Below are positions 43,351 through 55,039 of a DNA stretch of 64,000 nucleotides, piece by piece. Within the stretch, counting starts at the first letter, position 1. Each line of letters begins with the position of its first letter. Position numbers and translations under genes: made by a program. The notes below the pieces were generated by a model. That model was given only the letters and a program-made list of their open reading frames with translations, was not told the DNA's origin and ran no database searches. The DNA comes from Blastocladiella emersonii ATCC 22665 (lineage: Eukaryota > Fungi > Blastocladiomycota), in the NCBI GenBank assembly GCA_025594325.1, contig JANHCV010000001.1, positions 2,852,001 through 2,916,000 of the forward strand. The letters are read 5' to 3'.

Positions 43351-43977
43351 GTTCACAGCGTCGAGGGTCGGCTGCAGCGATGGGTGGAAGCAAGCGCGCG
43401 CTCACCGGCAACGGGCGGGGAAGAGGACTAGTGGCTCGAGAGGGGGGCGTTGCACGCTTCACGGCAGCGGCAGTCTATGTCGATCTCGTTGCGTTTGAGT
43501 TTGTGGTGGTTCCCGTCGCCGGAGCCGATGGCGAGAGCAGCGAACGAGGACACATCGGCAGGACCGACGGTGGCGGCAGCCGCTGCTGGTGGCGGAGCAG
43601 GCGGAGCGCCACACTTGCCCGACCCTGCACGTGACGCAATGTCGGGAGTCGGGGGCGCCCGGGTCAGGTGGCTGCGACGCGCGACGCGTCGCTCTTCGCC
43701 TCCGCGGGCCTGCGCGCAGCGGCGGCGGCGATCGTTCCCAAAATGAACCGCGCAGCACACGTTTCTGACTCGCTGCACCGCCATCGGGACCGCGCACGCA
43801 CTCGCGCGCGCACATGTTATTCCTCGCACGCGCGCGGAGGCGCGGCTCCCGCGCCACACCCGTCCCGGCCCGCGACCGCGGCCACCCTCCCCCCTCTTAA
43901 GACCGCCGCGCCCCGAAGACGCCCACAACTCGCTCCACTACCAGCTCGCTTGCGCAACCACCTGCACCACCACCGCC

Positions 43978-44844
43978 ATGACCATGAACTCGCTCCGCAT
44001 CTCGGCCCACGCCTCGGCCGTCTCGTCGGCCGCCTCGTCCATTGCCGACCTCGCCGCCACCGACGACTACGCGTGGGAGTGCCTCAGCGTCGGGTCCTCG
44101 GCCGCCACCGACGACGCGTGGGACGTGCTCTCGCTCCCCGCCACGGGCGCCTCGTCGCTCGCCCCGTCCGACGACGAGGACGAGGGCGATGAGGATGAGG
44201 ATGAGGATGACGGCGACGACGAGCCCACGTCGCGCAGCGTGCACGGCGACGTGCTCTCGGATCCAACCGCGACTGCTGCGCGCTCGGTCTCGTCCCTTGA
44301 GCCCGAAACCGACCCGGCGCACGCGCTGCTGCCCGTCTCGCTCGCCCCGACGGCCTCGGACCTCGGCGACGCCGCGTCGTCATCGCCTGCAACCGCTACC
44401 CCAACCACTGCGCTGCCGCCATCGCGCATCCCGCCGCCAACCGCCGCCATGCTCGCCGACGCGTCGCCGATCCCGGGCGTCAACCGCTCGCTGCGCCGCC
44501 TGCACGCACGGTGCAACGGCCGGTGCCCGCTCGTCGCCGCCGGCCAGCCGTGCGCCTACTGCCTCGCCGTTGCCCGACGCGCCCTGCTCGCCGTCCCGCT
44601 CCCGCACCACCACCCGGTCCTGATGCAGGCACTCGACGCCAACGGATCCTCGATCCCGACGACGGCGGGTTCGGGTCTCGGTGGATTCGCGAGAACCGCG
44701 CCGCTCCCGCCCAAGAAGCCCAACGGCGTCGCTTCGGCCGCCGCGGCTGCCGTTGCCGCGCGCACCGGCGGCCTCACGGGCCCGATGCACCGCCCGCGCA
44801 AGCTCGCCGCTGCCATCAGCGTCCGCGGCGGCGGCGCGCGCTGA
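43978..44844 (+). CDS. Hypothetical 288-aa protein with tandem acidic W-x-x-L motifs and a Cys cluster
   Basis: Intronless GC3-biased ORF with ACC-ATG start, followed by AT-rich 3' region. Confidence 0.7.
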   Translation: MTMNSLRISAHASAVSSAASSIADLAATDDYAWECLSVGSSAATDDAWDVLSLPATGASSLAPSDDEDEGDEDEDEDDGDDEPTSRSVHGDVLSDPTATAARSVSSLEPETDPAHALLPVSLAPTASDLGDAASSSPATATPTTALPPSRIPPPTAAMLADASPIPGVNRSLRRLHARCNGRCPLVAAGQPCAYCLAVARRALLAVPLPHHHPVLMQALDANGSSIPTTAGSGLGGFARTAPLPPKKPNGVASAAAAAVAARTGGLTGPMHRPRKLAAAISVRGGGAR

Positions 44845-44983
44845 TCTCCCGCCGCCCTGCCCGGCGGGAGCAGACTCTCAAGAGAAACCCGAGAAAAACC
44901 CATCATGTAAATCTATATCCCAAACTCTTTCCTGCCCCTCGCTCGAGAAATACAACAAAACGACTTGCGCACGCGTCCCTCGT

Positions 44984-47900
44984 CTACCCGTGCCCCATGT
45001 CGCGCAGGTTCATTCGGCTTGACCGCCGCATCGACGCAGCCGCCGTGTTCCCGCCCGCGCCGCCCTGCCCGCGCCGCCCGCCGAGCGAGCCCGGGAGCAT
45101 GGGGGGCGCGACAGACACGCGGCGCCGGTCCGCGCTGCCAGGCACGCCGAGCCCGCCGCTGTTGCGCGCTGACGGGTTGCCGCCCGCGCCGCCTCCACCC
45201 GCGAGCAGCCCTCCGGGCCCGCCACCGGGCGTGACCATGGACCCCGTTGGCGACATCCCCGCCTCGAGCCCGGCCATCAGCCCGCTCTGTCCACCCGGCG
45301 CGCCTCCGTGGCCATGGCCTCCGCCCGCACCGCCGCCGCCGCCGCCCGCCATGTTGGCCAGGCTCCCGCCGCCGCCCACGAGGTCGCGGCGGGACCCGTA
45401 CCCGCCGTTCCCGCTGCCGCCGAGGCTCTCGACCGACGACCGCCCGTGATGCCCGCCGCCGCCGCCGCCGCCGTGGTGGCCGTGGTGCGACCCGCGCAGT
45501 GCGGTCGGCGACGTGTACCCGTTGGTCACCACGACCTGCACGCCGTCGGCCTCGGCCTGCGCCCGCACGTCGTCCGGGATCGCGAACGCCGGGTTGCCCC
45601 GGAACAGGTTCTGGATCCGCTGCGCTACGCTCAGGTCGATGCTGCGCGACGTGGCTCGGTTGAGTGTCGCGGGCGGTGGCGGTGCGGACGGCTGCGGCGG
45701 GGGGGCCGGGCTCGATTTAGGCGTTGCTGGCCGCGGCGTGATAGGGAGCGGGATCGCGGCTACGTCGAGAGTTTGAGGGTCAGTTACTTGACTCGACAGA
45801 GAGTGCGCGCCGTGCGACGTACCAGCGAGGCACACCCAGACGGGGACACTCATCCCACTCTCCTGCTCTGGCCCGAGCAGCGACACGGCGAGCCAGTAGC
45901 TGCCGCCGACGTCGAGCCGCTCGAGGAGGTACTCGGACGGCATGTTGGGCGTGACGGGGACGAACGGGCACACGACCGTGAGGTCGCTGAGGTCGTGCGT
46001 GCGCGCCATGAACAGCTTGTACCCGGTACACGGCGGGACGTGGTCGTCGGGCCGGTGCGACGAGTACAGCAGGCACCGCACCGTGGTCGGCGACAGGATG
46101 ATGCACTGCGGCGCGGGCGGGATCGGGAGCAGGTCCTCGAGACACACGGGCTCGCTGTACCGGCTCGTCTCGCTCCACCCGGCCGCGTTGCCCGCGGCCA
46201 CCGCGAACACGTAGCTTTGCCCGACCTCGAGCGACTCGACCACGGCGCTCGCTGGGTGGCCCGCCACCTCGACCGAACGCACCTGGTCCGCCTGCGTCAC
46301 GTCGTGGTACCACACGCGGTACCGCGACACGCTCGACTGGCCCGTCATGGGCGGCGATGGAAGCGCGACCTGCACGCTCGACGCGCCGAACCGCTTGACC
46401 TGCGGCGCCGCCGGCCGCCCCGGCGGGAAGTCGAGGACTACGGGACCCGCCGTGCCCGACCGCGGCGACTCGCCGAGCTCGTTGACGAGCGACGCCGCGA
46501 ACCAGTGCTTGACCGCGAGCTCCGGGTTCTTGAACGTGTGTGTCACGGTGCGTGGTGGCGAAGGCGGCGCCGGCTGCCCGTCTGCCGTGGGCGCAGCGGG
46601 CGTGGCCGGCGCGGGCAGCGCGAGTTCCGCGGCGAGGTAAAAGGTTGATCCGTTCAGCGACTGGTACAGCCGCACGGTCCGCGGCACGGTGCCGCCGGAC
46701 CCGGGGACAGGCGCGGCCACGGTGACCGTGATGCTCGACGCCTGCGGCGTGCACTGGAACGAGACGGTCGGCGCGGCCGGCGTCGACGGGAGAACGTCTA
46801 CATGCATTACTTGTCAGCTCCGGACGGCGATCCATGGTCGTGATTGCGCATACCGACGAAAACCGTCTCGTGGTCGCTCGGCTCGGACGCAAACTCGCTC
46901 GAGAAGGCCACGGCGCGGAGGAAGCAGAACCGGCCGACGGGCAGGTTGTCGACGACCATGTCGAGTGGCTTGCCCGGCTCGACGTTGAAGACGCGCGCGT
47001 GCGACATGTCCTCGCGCGCGCTGCACGATAGCTGGACGCGGTCGTAGTGGCACGTCGCCGTCAAGGGCGGCAGCGCGAGGCGCACGCGGATCGAGTGCGC
47101 CGATACTACCGAGGCCTGTGGTTTCGGTGGCCGGGGAAGCGCGGCTACGGGGAGGAGGCGAGTGAGATGGTGGTCATGGACGTGAGGGGTAGGAGTACAC
47201 ACCAAGAATGTCCTGCCGCCGCTTGAGCTCGCGCGCCTCGAGCTGGCGCTTCTGGCACACCTTGCACGGATCGGGCTTGCGGTGCAGCGCGTTGTACTTG
47301 TAGATGGACAACGACGCAAGGTCGCGGTCGCGCTCCTACACTCGCAGGCGAGGTGATGAGCCCGCTGATCACTCGGGTAACACGACAAGTCTCCGTACCC
47401 GCAGGGAGTTCTCTTGCATCTCGATCTTGTCCTTGAACAGCTGGTTCTCGTTCTCGAGCGCGCGGATCTTCATGCGGAGGTTGAGGCTCTCGGTCACAAA
47501 GTTCTTCTCGAGCAGGTCGCACTTGTGCCGCATTTCCTACTCGCGGCGACGATGGTGAGTTGACGGAGTCCATGCAAACCGGGTTACGTTCAAGCGAGGG
47601 TACCGTGCAGATCTCCTCCTGCTCGGCCTTGCCGTTGCGGCACTGGTCGATCTCGGCCTGGAGCTCGGCGCGCATCTGCAGGTCCTGCTGCTCGACGAGC
47701 GACTGGAGGTGCGCGTTCATCTGCTTGGCCTGGTCGAGCTGCTCGGCGAGGAGCCGGATGCGCCGGTCCTGCGTGCCCTGGAACGCGTAGCTATCCTTGA
47801 GCTTGTTCTTTACCGCCGCGACGACGATTAGTCCCCGGCCCACTCGACGCACGAACCGAGCAAGCACGCGTACCTTGAGCCCCTGCACCTCCTCGCGCAG

Positions 47901-48266
47901 CCCGCGGATGATCCGCGGCGCATCCTCGTTCTTGGCCTCGAGCTCGGCGAGCTCGCGCTGGTGCCGGCGCTCGATCTGCTTGAGCACCGCGTTCTCCTCG
48001 CGCACCTTGAGGTACTTGAGCTCGCGCTCCTTGAGCACGCCCTTGACGCGCTCGTGCTCGTGCCACAGCGCCGTCTCGGTGATGTCCAGGTGCTTGCCCG
48101 ACGCCGCCGTGTGCGTGAACGGCGGTGTCGGCAGCGTCGTCTGCTTGGGCGACGCGGGGCCGGCGCCCGTCGCGCCAGAGTTCTTTTTCGCGGCCGAGGG
48201 GTGGGCAGAAGTGCCCGTTCCGCCGCCCGAGTATATCTTGGTCCGTTGCTGCTTGAGGTCCATCAT
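44984..48266 (-). CDS. Lebercilin-domain protein fused to four fibronectin type III domains
   Basis: Coiled coil EENAVLKQIERRHQRELAEL...LRERDRDLASLSIYKYN (lebercilin-like); splices in frame (QDIL-AALPRPPKP; TVFV-DVLPSTP) to four P..P...Y..L..G..Y.F.V.A.N..G.S-type FN3 units. Confidence 0.8.
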
Positions 48267-48555
48267 GGTCGTTGATCGGCAGCGGCCACGGCGGCGCACT
48301 TGGGTTCGCGTTGCATGTAATTCCGGGTCGGATGAGCACGTGTTACATTTTGCACCGAGTGTGACGATGGTGCGTAGCGCGAAAGGGGTCGCGCGCGCGC
48401 AGAACGCGAAACGCGTCAAGGGGGGTGCGAGACACGCTGCGAGACGTCACGTGTTTTCTGCTCGCGTCAAGCGCGTCTCGCGTCTTGGCCGCGCGAGCGA
48501 TCAACGCCTTCGCGTCAGAGACCACTTCCCTGTCACCAGTGAAGTAAACGAAACC
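48267..48555. promoter_or_regulatory. Putative bidirectional promoter between the lebercilin-FN3 gene and CFAP100
   Basis: Divergent ATGs 290 bp apart; contains CGCGAAA (48378, 48405) and ACGCGT (48411). Confidence 0.5.
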
Positions 48556-50683
48556 ATGGCCGATGTAAGCTCAAACTCAATGCAACAACTCGTCACTGCG
48601 CCGCGCTGACCCGCGCGATGGACCCCGCGTAGGCAACCCTCGCAACGTTCCGGCCACCAGGCGGCGGCAGCGGGCCCGACATCAAGGTCCGGCTGCCCGA
48701 CATTCCGTCCGGCGCGGCGCACGTCCGCGGCGGTCCGAGCCCCGCGGGCGCGCACATGCGGTCGAGTAGCGCCAGCACGGGCGGCCGCCGCAGCGTGCTC
48801 AAGGACAACCCGTTCCGCATGCCCGACGACGAGGAGGTGTTCTCGCTCCGCGGATCGCCGTCGCCGGGTGGCGGCGCGTCCGTAGCGGTACGTCGTGCGC
48901 GCGCGTGTCTCCACGGCCCAACTGACGTGTGACCGATCGTAGGGCGACGTCGGACAGGAGCCCAAGAAACAGCGACCGAGCCTGTACGAGCCCAAGGCGG
49001 CGAACCGGCGCAACTTCAAGGCGCTGCTGGACGAGGAGGATGCCGAGAACGCCAAGCTGTTCGAGAAGCTGCAGGCGAAAAAGGACGCGGACGCGATGCT
49101 CATCAGCCAGCAGTCCAAGGACCGCCAGCTCGGCAAGGAGAACCTGCACGATTTCGTGGCCAAGAAGCGCGAGATGTTCCTCCTGCAGTTTGCGCTCGGC
49201 GTGAAAAAGGACGAGATCAAGAAGCTTGAGCACATTGCCCAGGCCGAGGAGCAGAAGCTGCTCGACGACGAGCGCAGCCTCGAGGAGGACGCGGCCAAGT
49301 TCGACGCGTTCCTCAAGGAGAACGACAAGAACTCGGTCGAGGCCATCAAGCGGTACGTCACTGGCCCGCCGTCACCTCGTTCTGGGCGTAACTCACGCCC
49401 GGATCCCCCTATCGTGTAGCGCCGAAGCTGAGACCAAGGCCAAGCTCGAGAAGGTGGCCGAGATCAAGAAGCTGAACATGCAGATCATGACGATCCGGTC
49501 GGAAATGTCCAAGAACGAGGACCAGCTCAAGGACTACCAGCGGTATCGCCAGTTTCTCGAGAAGCTGACGCCGCCCGAGTGGCTCGCGCAGCACCAGAAG
49601 CAGCGCGCGACCAAGAAGAAGGCCGTCGAGGAGGTCGGGAGTACGTGTTCCTCGCTCGTCATCGGGGTCTTGCTCAAGGACTGACCCGCGTCACCGTCCC
49701 GTAGAGCGCGAAAAGTCGTCGCGCAAGCCCGCGCTGGCCAAGGGCAAGGTGCAGTTTGGTCGGCGCAACGACAACAGCTCGACGAGCGACGAGCCGACGG
49801 TGCACATCCACGAGGTGGGCGGGTCCGACGACGAGGGGTCCGACGACGAGGACGAGGAGGTGCCGCCGCTCTACTTCAACAGCCCGCAGCAGCTGCTCGA
49901 CATCTTCTCGGAGCTCGAGGAAAACAACCTCGCGCTGATCCAGAACTGCCAGGAGACGGAAGAGACGCTCGAGGAGCTCAAGCTCAAGATCCAGGAGACG
50001 GAGCAGCGCATGGACCAGGAGACGGAGAGCCTGCGCCAGCAGATCGATTTCCTCAAGTCGGCCATCTCCAAGGAGGAGGACAAGGCGCGGCAGCTCGAGG
50101 AAAAGGCCAAGTTCGTCGCCGCAGTGGTTCGCTGCAGCTCGAACACTCGTCTCACCGATCGCGTCCCATGTGTAGGTTCTTCACGTCGTCACTCAGCGAG
50201 GCGGACCAGGAGCGGATCCTGGCCGAGCTCAACACCAAGGTCAAGGAGGTGTACCGGCGGTGCCTGGGCGAGGGCGACACCAACATCTCGACGCTGCAGA
50301 TGCTGACGGCGGTCGAGAACCGGCTCGAGCAGCTGTTCGAGGCCATCGAGCTGATGCCGCCCGAGAAGGTCGAGAAGGCCGAGCGACTCAAAGACAAGGA
50401 GCGGCGCCAGCGCATGCGCGAGGAGAAGATGGACGTGCAGCGGATTCAGCAGGAGGAGCGGATCCAGCGCGCGCTCGAGCGGGCAAGGGCGCCCGTCAAG
50501 AAGAAGGTACTGTGTGATCGCTGACCGTGATCGTTGCGCGATCGCCCACTGACTGAAGCCTCGCGGCTCGTGTAGACTGGGAAACCCGTCGTGTTCCGGT
50601 CGGCGCCGCCACAAAAGAAGAAGAAGCGGACGCAGGACAACAAGAACAAGGAGGAGGAGGACCTCGCCTATTACTGGGAATGA
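48556..50683 (+). CDS. CFAP100: Cilia- and flagella-associated protein 100 (CCDC37, DUF4200)
   Basis: NPFRMPDDEEVF, ENLHDFVAKKREMFLLQFALGVKKDEI..LEEDAAKFDAFLKENDKNSVEAIKR-AE.ETK, LYFNSPQQLLDIFSELEENNL, TGKPVVFRSAPP, EEEDLAYYW. Confidence 0.93.
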
Positions 50684-51088
50684 CCTGCCCGATCGATCCT
50701 GTATACATTTTCACCCGTTATTCGCCATCGCGGCCCGAGATGACGCGAGTCTCCCACGACGTGATTGTTATCAGCGGTGGTGTGGTCATGGGAGTCGGAC
50801 CGCCTTTGGGAGCGCGCGAGGTGACGACACGCCCCACGCGTGAGACACGCGCGCGTGATCTCATGCGGCGCGACGCGCCTCGCAGCTGCGCCGCACCACG
50901 GGGTCCCCCGCCGCGTCGTCGTTCGCTGTTCGCTGACTCCATCGCTTCGCGTTCTCCCCATCACCTCGCCCTCGCAGCGATACCCATGAAATCTGCGCCG
51001 TGAACGAAGCGACACTCTCGGCAATCGCTTCATCTGTCCGAATTTGTGACGGCCCACCATCCAACCAACCACCTGCACTCGACCAGCC

Positions 51089-52370
51089 ATGACGATTCCG
51101 CAGTGCATCAGGTCCGGCTGCGTTCAGGACTGAGTGTGCTGTCCACCGCTCACTGACGGCCACGGCTCTCCAGCGACGACATTGAGTTTGTCAACTCGTC
51201 CAAGATTCACAAGTACCCGATTCGGTCAACGATCCAGCACTGGTACGCCTCGATGCGACGCGGTGACACTCGCTCTCCGCGGCTCGAGCTCATCGTCGAG
51301 CGGGTGTAGGCAGCTGCGCGACCTCATCTCGTGTCCATCATCCCGTAAGGAGGTGCTCTACGTCTCTGGCAACAATGTCAACCTGTACAACACGGAGAGC
51401 CGCAGCTCGCTGACGGTGCTCAAGGACCTGAGCTTCCCGCCAACGTGCATGACCACCGGGTACGCCCTCGCCTCCGCCGTCGCTGTCGCGTGGCCGCCGC
51501 CATCGCGGGCTAACCACGTCGCTGTCCCTTGTAGTCTCGGTTACCTCGTCGTGGGCGGGCAGCGGTCGCAGCTCATGGTCCGGCAGCTCGCGTCCAACTG
51601 GTACGCGCACCAGTCGGTCGGCGGGTGCATCAACAACGCCATGGTCGTCGCGCAGCACGCCGGCCAGACGCGGTTGCTCGTGTGCAACAACGACGAGTCC
51701 ATCAAGGTGTTCAACCTGCCGTCCATGCAGCGCGTCACGAGCATCACGCTGCCGACCGCCGTTAACTACGGTACGCTCTCGCCCAGAATCCCGTGAAACT
51801 CCCGCTCGCATCTCACACCCGCGTTCGCCTGTAGCCGCCGCGAGCCCAGACGGCAAGAAGGTGGTGGCCGTGGGCGACACGAACCAGGTGTTCCTGTTCG
51901 ACGTGACGGCCAACGGGTCGTACCAGCGGACGGGCACGCTGACGGCGCCGGGCAGCTCGTCGGGGTTCAGCTGTGCGTGGAACACGGGGTCCGACAAGTT
52001 CGCGATTGCGTCGCAGGACGGGCTCGTGCTCGTGTGGGACGAGCGGTCGACGACGCCCATGGCCTCGTTCGCGACGCGCGCGCACCCGACCGACAAGGGC
52101 GCGGCGCGGTGCGTCAAGTTCTCGCCCGGGTCGTCGATTGACCTGCTCGCCTTCTCGGAGCACGTCAGCAACGTGCACGTCGTCGACGCGCGCACCTTCA
52201 ACTCGCGCCAGATCGTCCGCGTCGCCCCGCCCCACGTTGAGCAGCACATCTCGGGCCTCGCCTTCACGCCCGACGCCCGGTCGCTGTTTGTCGGGATGGA
52301 GGCTAACCTCGTCGAGCTCGAGGTCAATACCAAGCTGCGCCGGTCGTTCCCCGCGGGAGCCATCCTGTGA
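51089..52370 (+). CDS. DUF2415-type WD40-repeat protein
   Basis: IQHW-QLRDLIS, CNND.SIKVF, AVNY, VAVGDT, FSCAW, FAIASQDG, GAARCVKFS, LLAFSEH, HISGLAF; multi-exon. Confidence 0.85.
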
Positions 52371-52507
52371 TGATGCGCGGGCGAGTCTTCGTTGCTGGCG
52401 ACGTCGACGAGTGTTACATGATCCAATCAGTCAATACCACTTCTTTCACCTCAGCTCCATACACGGCGACGATGGTGCGAATGAGAAGGATCTATCAGGT
52501 CCACCAA

Positions 52508-53341
52508 CTACCGGTACACCTCGTCGAACGGCCAGGTATCGGCAAAGCACGAGTTCCAGACCTCGGCGACGGCCTCCTCGGCGACGCCGGGCGCGCTGCA
52601 GTGCGGGTTGGACCGGAGCGAGAGGATGGCGCGGCGCTTGACGCACGCCTGCTGCTGCTTGGACACGCCCCAGTTGCCGCGCATCACCTCGTTGGAGAAG
52701 GTGCAGTCGCCCGACAGGTTCGCGGCGCGGATCTCGGTGCACGCGTGGTGCAGGCAGTTGGACCAGTCGAGCTTGGCACGGCAGTGGTCGAGCGCGTGGA
52801 TCAGCTCGTGCGCGAGCGTCTCCTCGAGGTGCGACTTGGACATGAGCTGGTTCTCGCACAGGACGACCTAGACGAGGTACGCTTGGTGTCAGCTTTCACT
52901 CCGGTACTACAACCAACCAAGCCTAAAACGTACGCCGTGCTCGGGACTGAACCCGCCGGACCGCGTGGGGTCGCACGGCTGGCAGATCATGTGCTGGCGC
53001 GAGAACCCGCACCCGGCGGCCTCGAGGTGCTGGGTCAGGAACCGGATCAGCGGGCTGTGGCGGAGCAGGTCGTTCTTCCACTTCTCGCAGGTGCGGAACT
53101 GGTCGTCGGCGAGCTGCGCCGCGCGCTCGGCCGCGACCTCGGCGCGCTCGGCGTCCGAGAGACCGAGCCCCGTCATGCGCGTCAGCCGCTTGTGCCACCG
53201 CGAGAAGAGGGCGTCGCCCTCGGACGTGCCGGTCGCGGAACCGGTGATCGTGGTCGGCGCGGTGCCAGCCGACTCGCGCGGATCGTTGGCGGTAGTCGTC
53301 GCGGCGGGCGTTGCCCTTGGTGGCGGCGTGGTTGAGTCCAT
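52508..53341 (-). CDS. ATP23: Mitochondrial intermembrane-space metalloprotease Atp23 (copy 1, canonical)
   Basis: CEKWKNDLL..SPLIRFL, C.PCDPTRSGGFSPEHG-VVLCEN, ETLAHELIHALDHC (HExxH), ACTEIRAANLSGDC, CFADTWPFDEVY; one intron. Confidence 0.95.
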
Positions 53342-53472
53342 GGTGCGATTCATTCAAGGGTGATCAAGGGAGAGAGAGAGCTGATGGCGCAGTTCGGCCG
53401 CGAAGTTGACGACGACCACCCATCATGTGACAAAATCGGATACATTTCGGACCTCACCCTCTCATACAGTAC

Positions 53473-54064
53473 TTACAGCGACTTGCCCATGAACTTGCGC
53501 TTGGCAAAGGCCATCCACCACTTGCTGGGCTTGGCGTTATCCTCGGCGTAGAGCTTGTCGACGAGGCGGGTGAAGAGCTCGGTGCGCAGCTGCTGGAGGT
53601 AGGCCTTCATGTTGTCGGCGTCGGCGCGGGTCGCGGGGGCGGCGTAGAGGGCGTTGAGCGGGAACGAGCCCTCGCCGGGGATGGCAAAGGGGCCGACAGC
53701 GAGCGCGTAGAGCAGCTTGTTTGCGGCGTCGCGCGTCGTGGCCGGCGTCAGCTTGCCGAGGCACTCGGACGTGAACAGGATCAGGTAGATGAGCACGCGG
53801 TCGGCGGGGCCCTGGATCTCAAAGTTGCGGAACAGCGAGTTGGCGCGGAACAGGTCCAGCGCCTCGTCGACGATGTCGTCGGCGGCCGGGTCCGCGGCCA
53901 CGGGCGCGAATCCGCGCGTCTTGGCCTTGAGCGGCAGCACGGCCATGTTGCCGACCTGCGGCACGTCCTCGATGGCGTTGAAGGACGAGTGGTAGACCTG
54001 GGAGGAGGAGGTGCGTGAGCGGTCGGTCCACGCGGGAGTTGTTGGGGGTGCGGCGTACGGGCAT
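53473..54064 (-). CDS. ARPC3: Arp2/3 complex subunit 3 (p21-Arc)
   Basis: MP-VYHSSF (intron after codon 2), GNMAVLPL, DIVDEALDLFRANSLFRNFEIQGPADRVLIYL, KPSKWWMAFAKRKFMGKSL. Confidence 0.96.
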
Positions 54065-54079
54065 GGTCGAGGAGGAGGA

Positions 54080-54289
54080 TCAGAAGTAGGCGTAGCCGAC
54101 GTAGAGCAGCGACAGGGCGAGGAAGAAGCCGACGAAAGCCGAGGGGCGGAGCAGGGCGACGCAGACGAGGGCGGCGCCGAGAGCGAGGCGGACGAGGACG
54201 GGGTGGGCGGCGGCGAGCGAGGAGCCGAGCGCGAGGGCGGCTGATGCGGGGTCTTCCGAGTCGAGGTCGGCCGGTTCAAAGAAGTCCAT
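54080..54289 (-). CDS. Small (69 aa) hydrophobic ORF immediately upstream of ARPC3
   Basis: MDFFEPADLDSEDPASAALALGSSLAAAHPVLVRLALGAALVCVALLRPSAFVGFFLALSLLYVGYAYF*; host-like GC3 codon usage; TGA 15 nt before the ARPC3 ATG. Confidence 0.65.
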   Translation of the reverse strand: MDFFEPADLDSEDPASAALALGSSLAAAHPVLVRLALGAALVCVALLRPSAFVGFFLALSLLYVGYAYF

Positions 54290-54642
54290 TCGTTCGCGAG
54301 GAGAGGGGGAGCAGAGCGGAGAGCGAGCGATCGGCGCGACGGGCGAGCGCCACACGAACCTCGACGCGAAGTCGCCGGCGCGTGAGCGACGCGTCGAGCC
54401 CATCGGCCGCGACCGTGTCTCTCGCCTGCTTGCCCGCGCCCTTCACAACGACGCGCCGCTCTCTCGACGGCACAGCCAACTCGCTGCATCGCAGTCGCTC
54501 CCTACTGCTCAAGGGTGGGTCATGCATCTCGCGCCGACGCGCGCTACGGCACCATGGATCGATCGCTCGCTGGCCGGCGGAGCTAATGGACTCGACCCGG
54601 CCCGGCCCCGTCGCGTCTAGACACCCCACACCAACAACAACC

Positions 54643-55039
54643 ATGAAGGCGTTCATCAGCGAGACCAAGACGGCGCTGCTCAACGTCACGTCGGTGGCCG
54701 GCATCATCTTCATGGTTCGCAGCCCTTGGCCAGCAGATCACGGGCGAGTCGGTGAGCTGACCCGCATCGCACGCCCGGTGTAGGTGCTCCTCGGCGCCTT
54801 CCTCGACGCGGGCGCGCCGACGCTGACGCAGGGCCACAACGCGCCGTCCAACCCGCACTTTGTCGCGTCGTCGTGCTACACGGCCGCCGCCATCTACGCC
54901 GGCCTGCTGGTCTTTGGCCTGAGCCAAGTACACTTCACGTTCGCTGTTCTGATCACCGTCTACGGCGTGCTTACTCGACCTGTCCGTGCTGCTGTAGAGC
55001 TACCTGCACAAGCGGAACCCATCGACGCAGCACTTCTAA
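54643..55039 (+). CDS. RNASEK: V-ATPase subunit f (RNASEK-like), 3 exons
   Basis: Spliced MKAFISETKTALLNVTSVAGIIFM-VLLGAFLDAG...NAPSNPHFVASSCYTAAAIYAGLLVFGLSQ-SYLHKR has the two-TM layout and motifs of yeast Ypr170w-b/RNASEK. Confidence 0.8.

Noticed and set aside
48310-48322. RFX X-box (GTTGCATGTAAT) in the ciliary bidirectional promoter
   Set aside because: Only one half-site matches GTNRCC-N-RGYAAC; too weak to call.
29800-54064. Functional cytoskeleton cluster (LIS1, SxIP protein, lebercilin, CFAP100, ARPC3)
   Set aside because: Genes are interspersed with unrelated housekeeping genes over 24 kb; only the lebercilin/CFAP100 pair is tightly linked.
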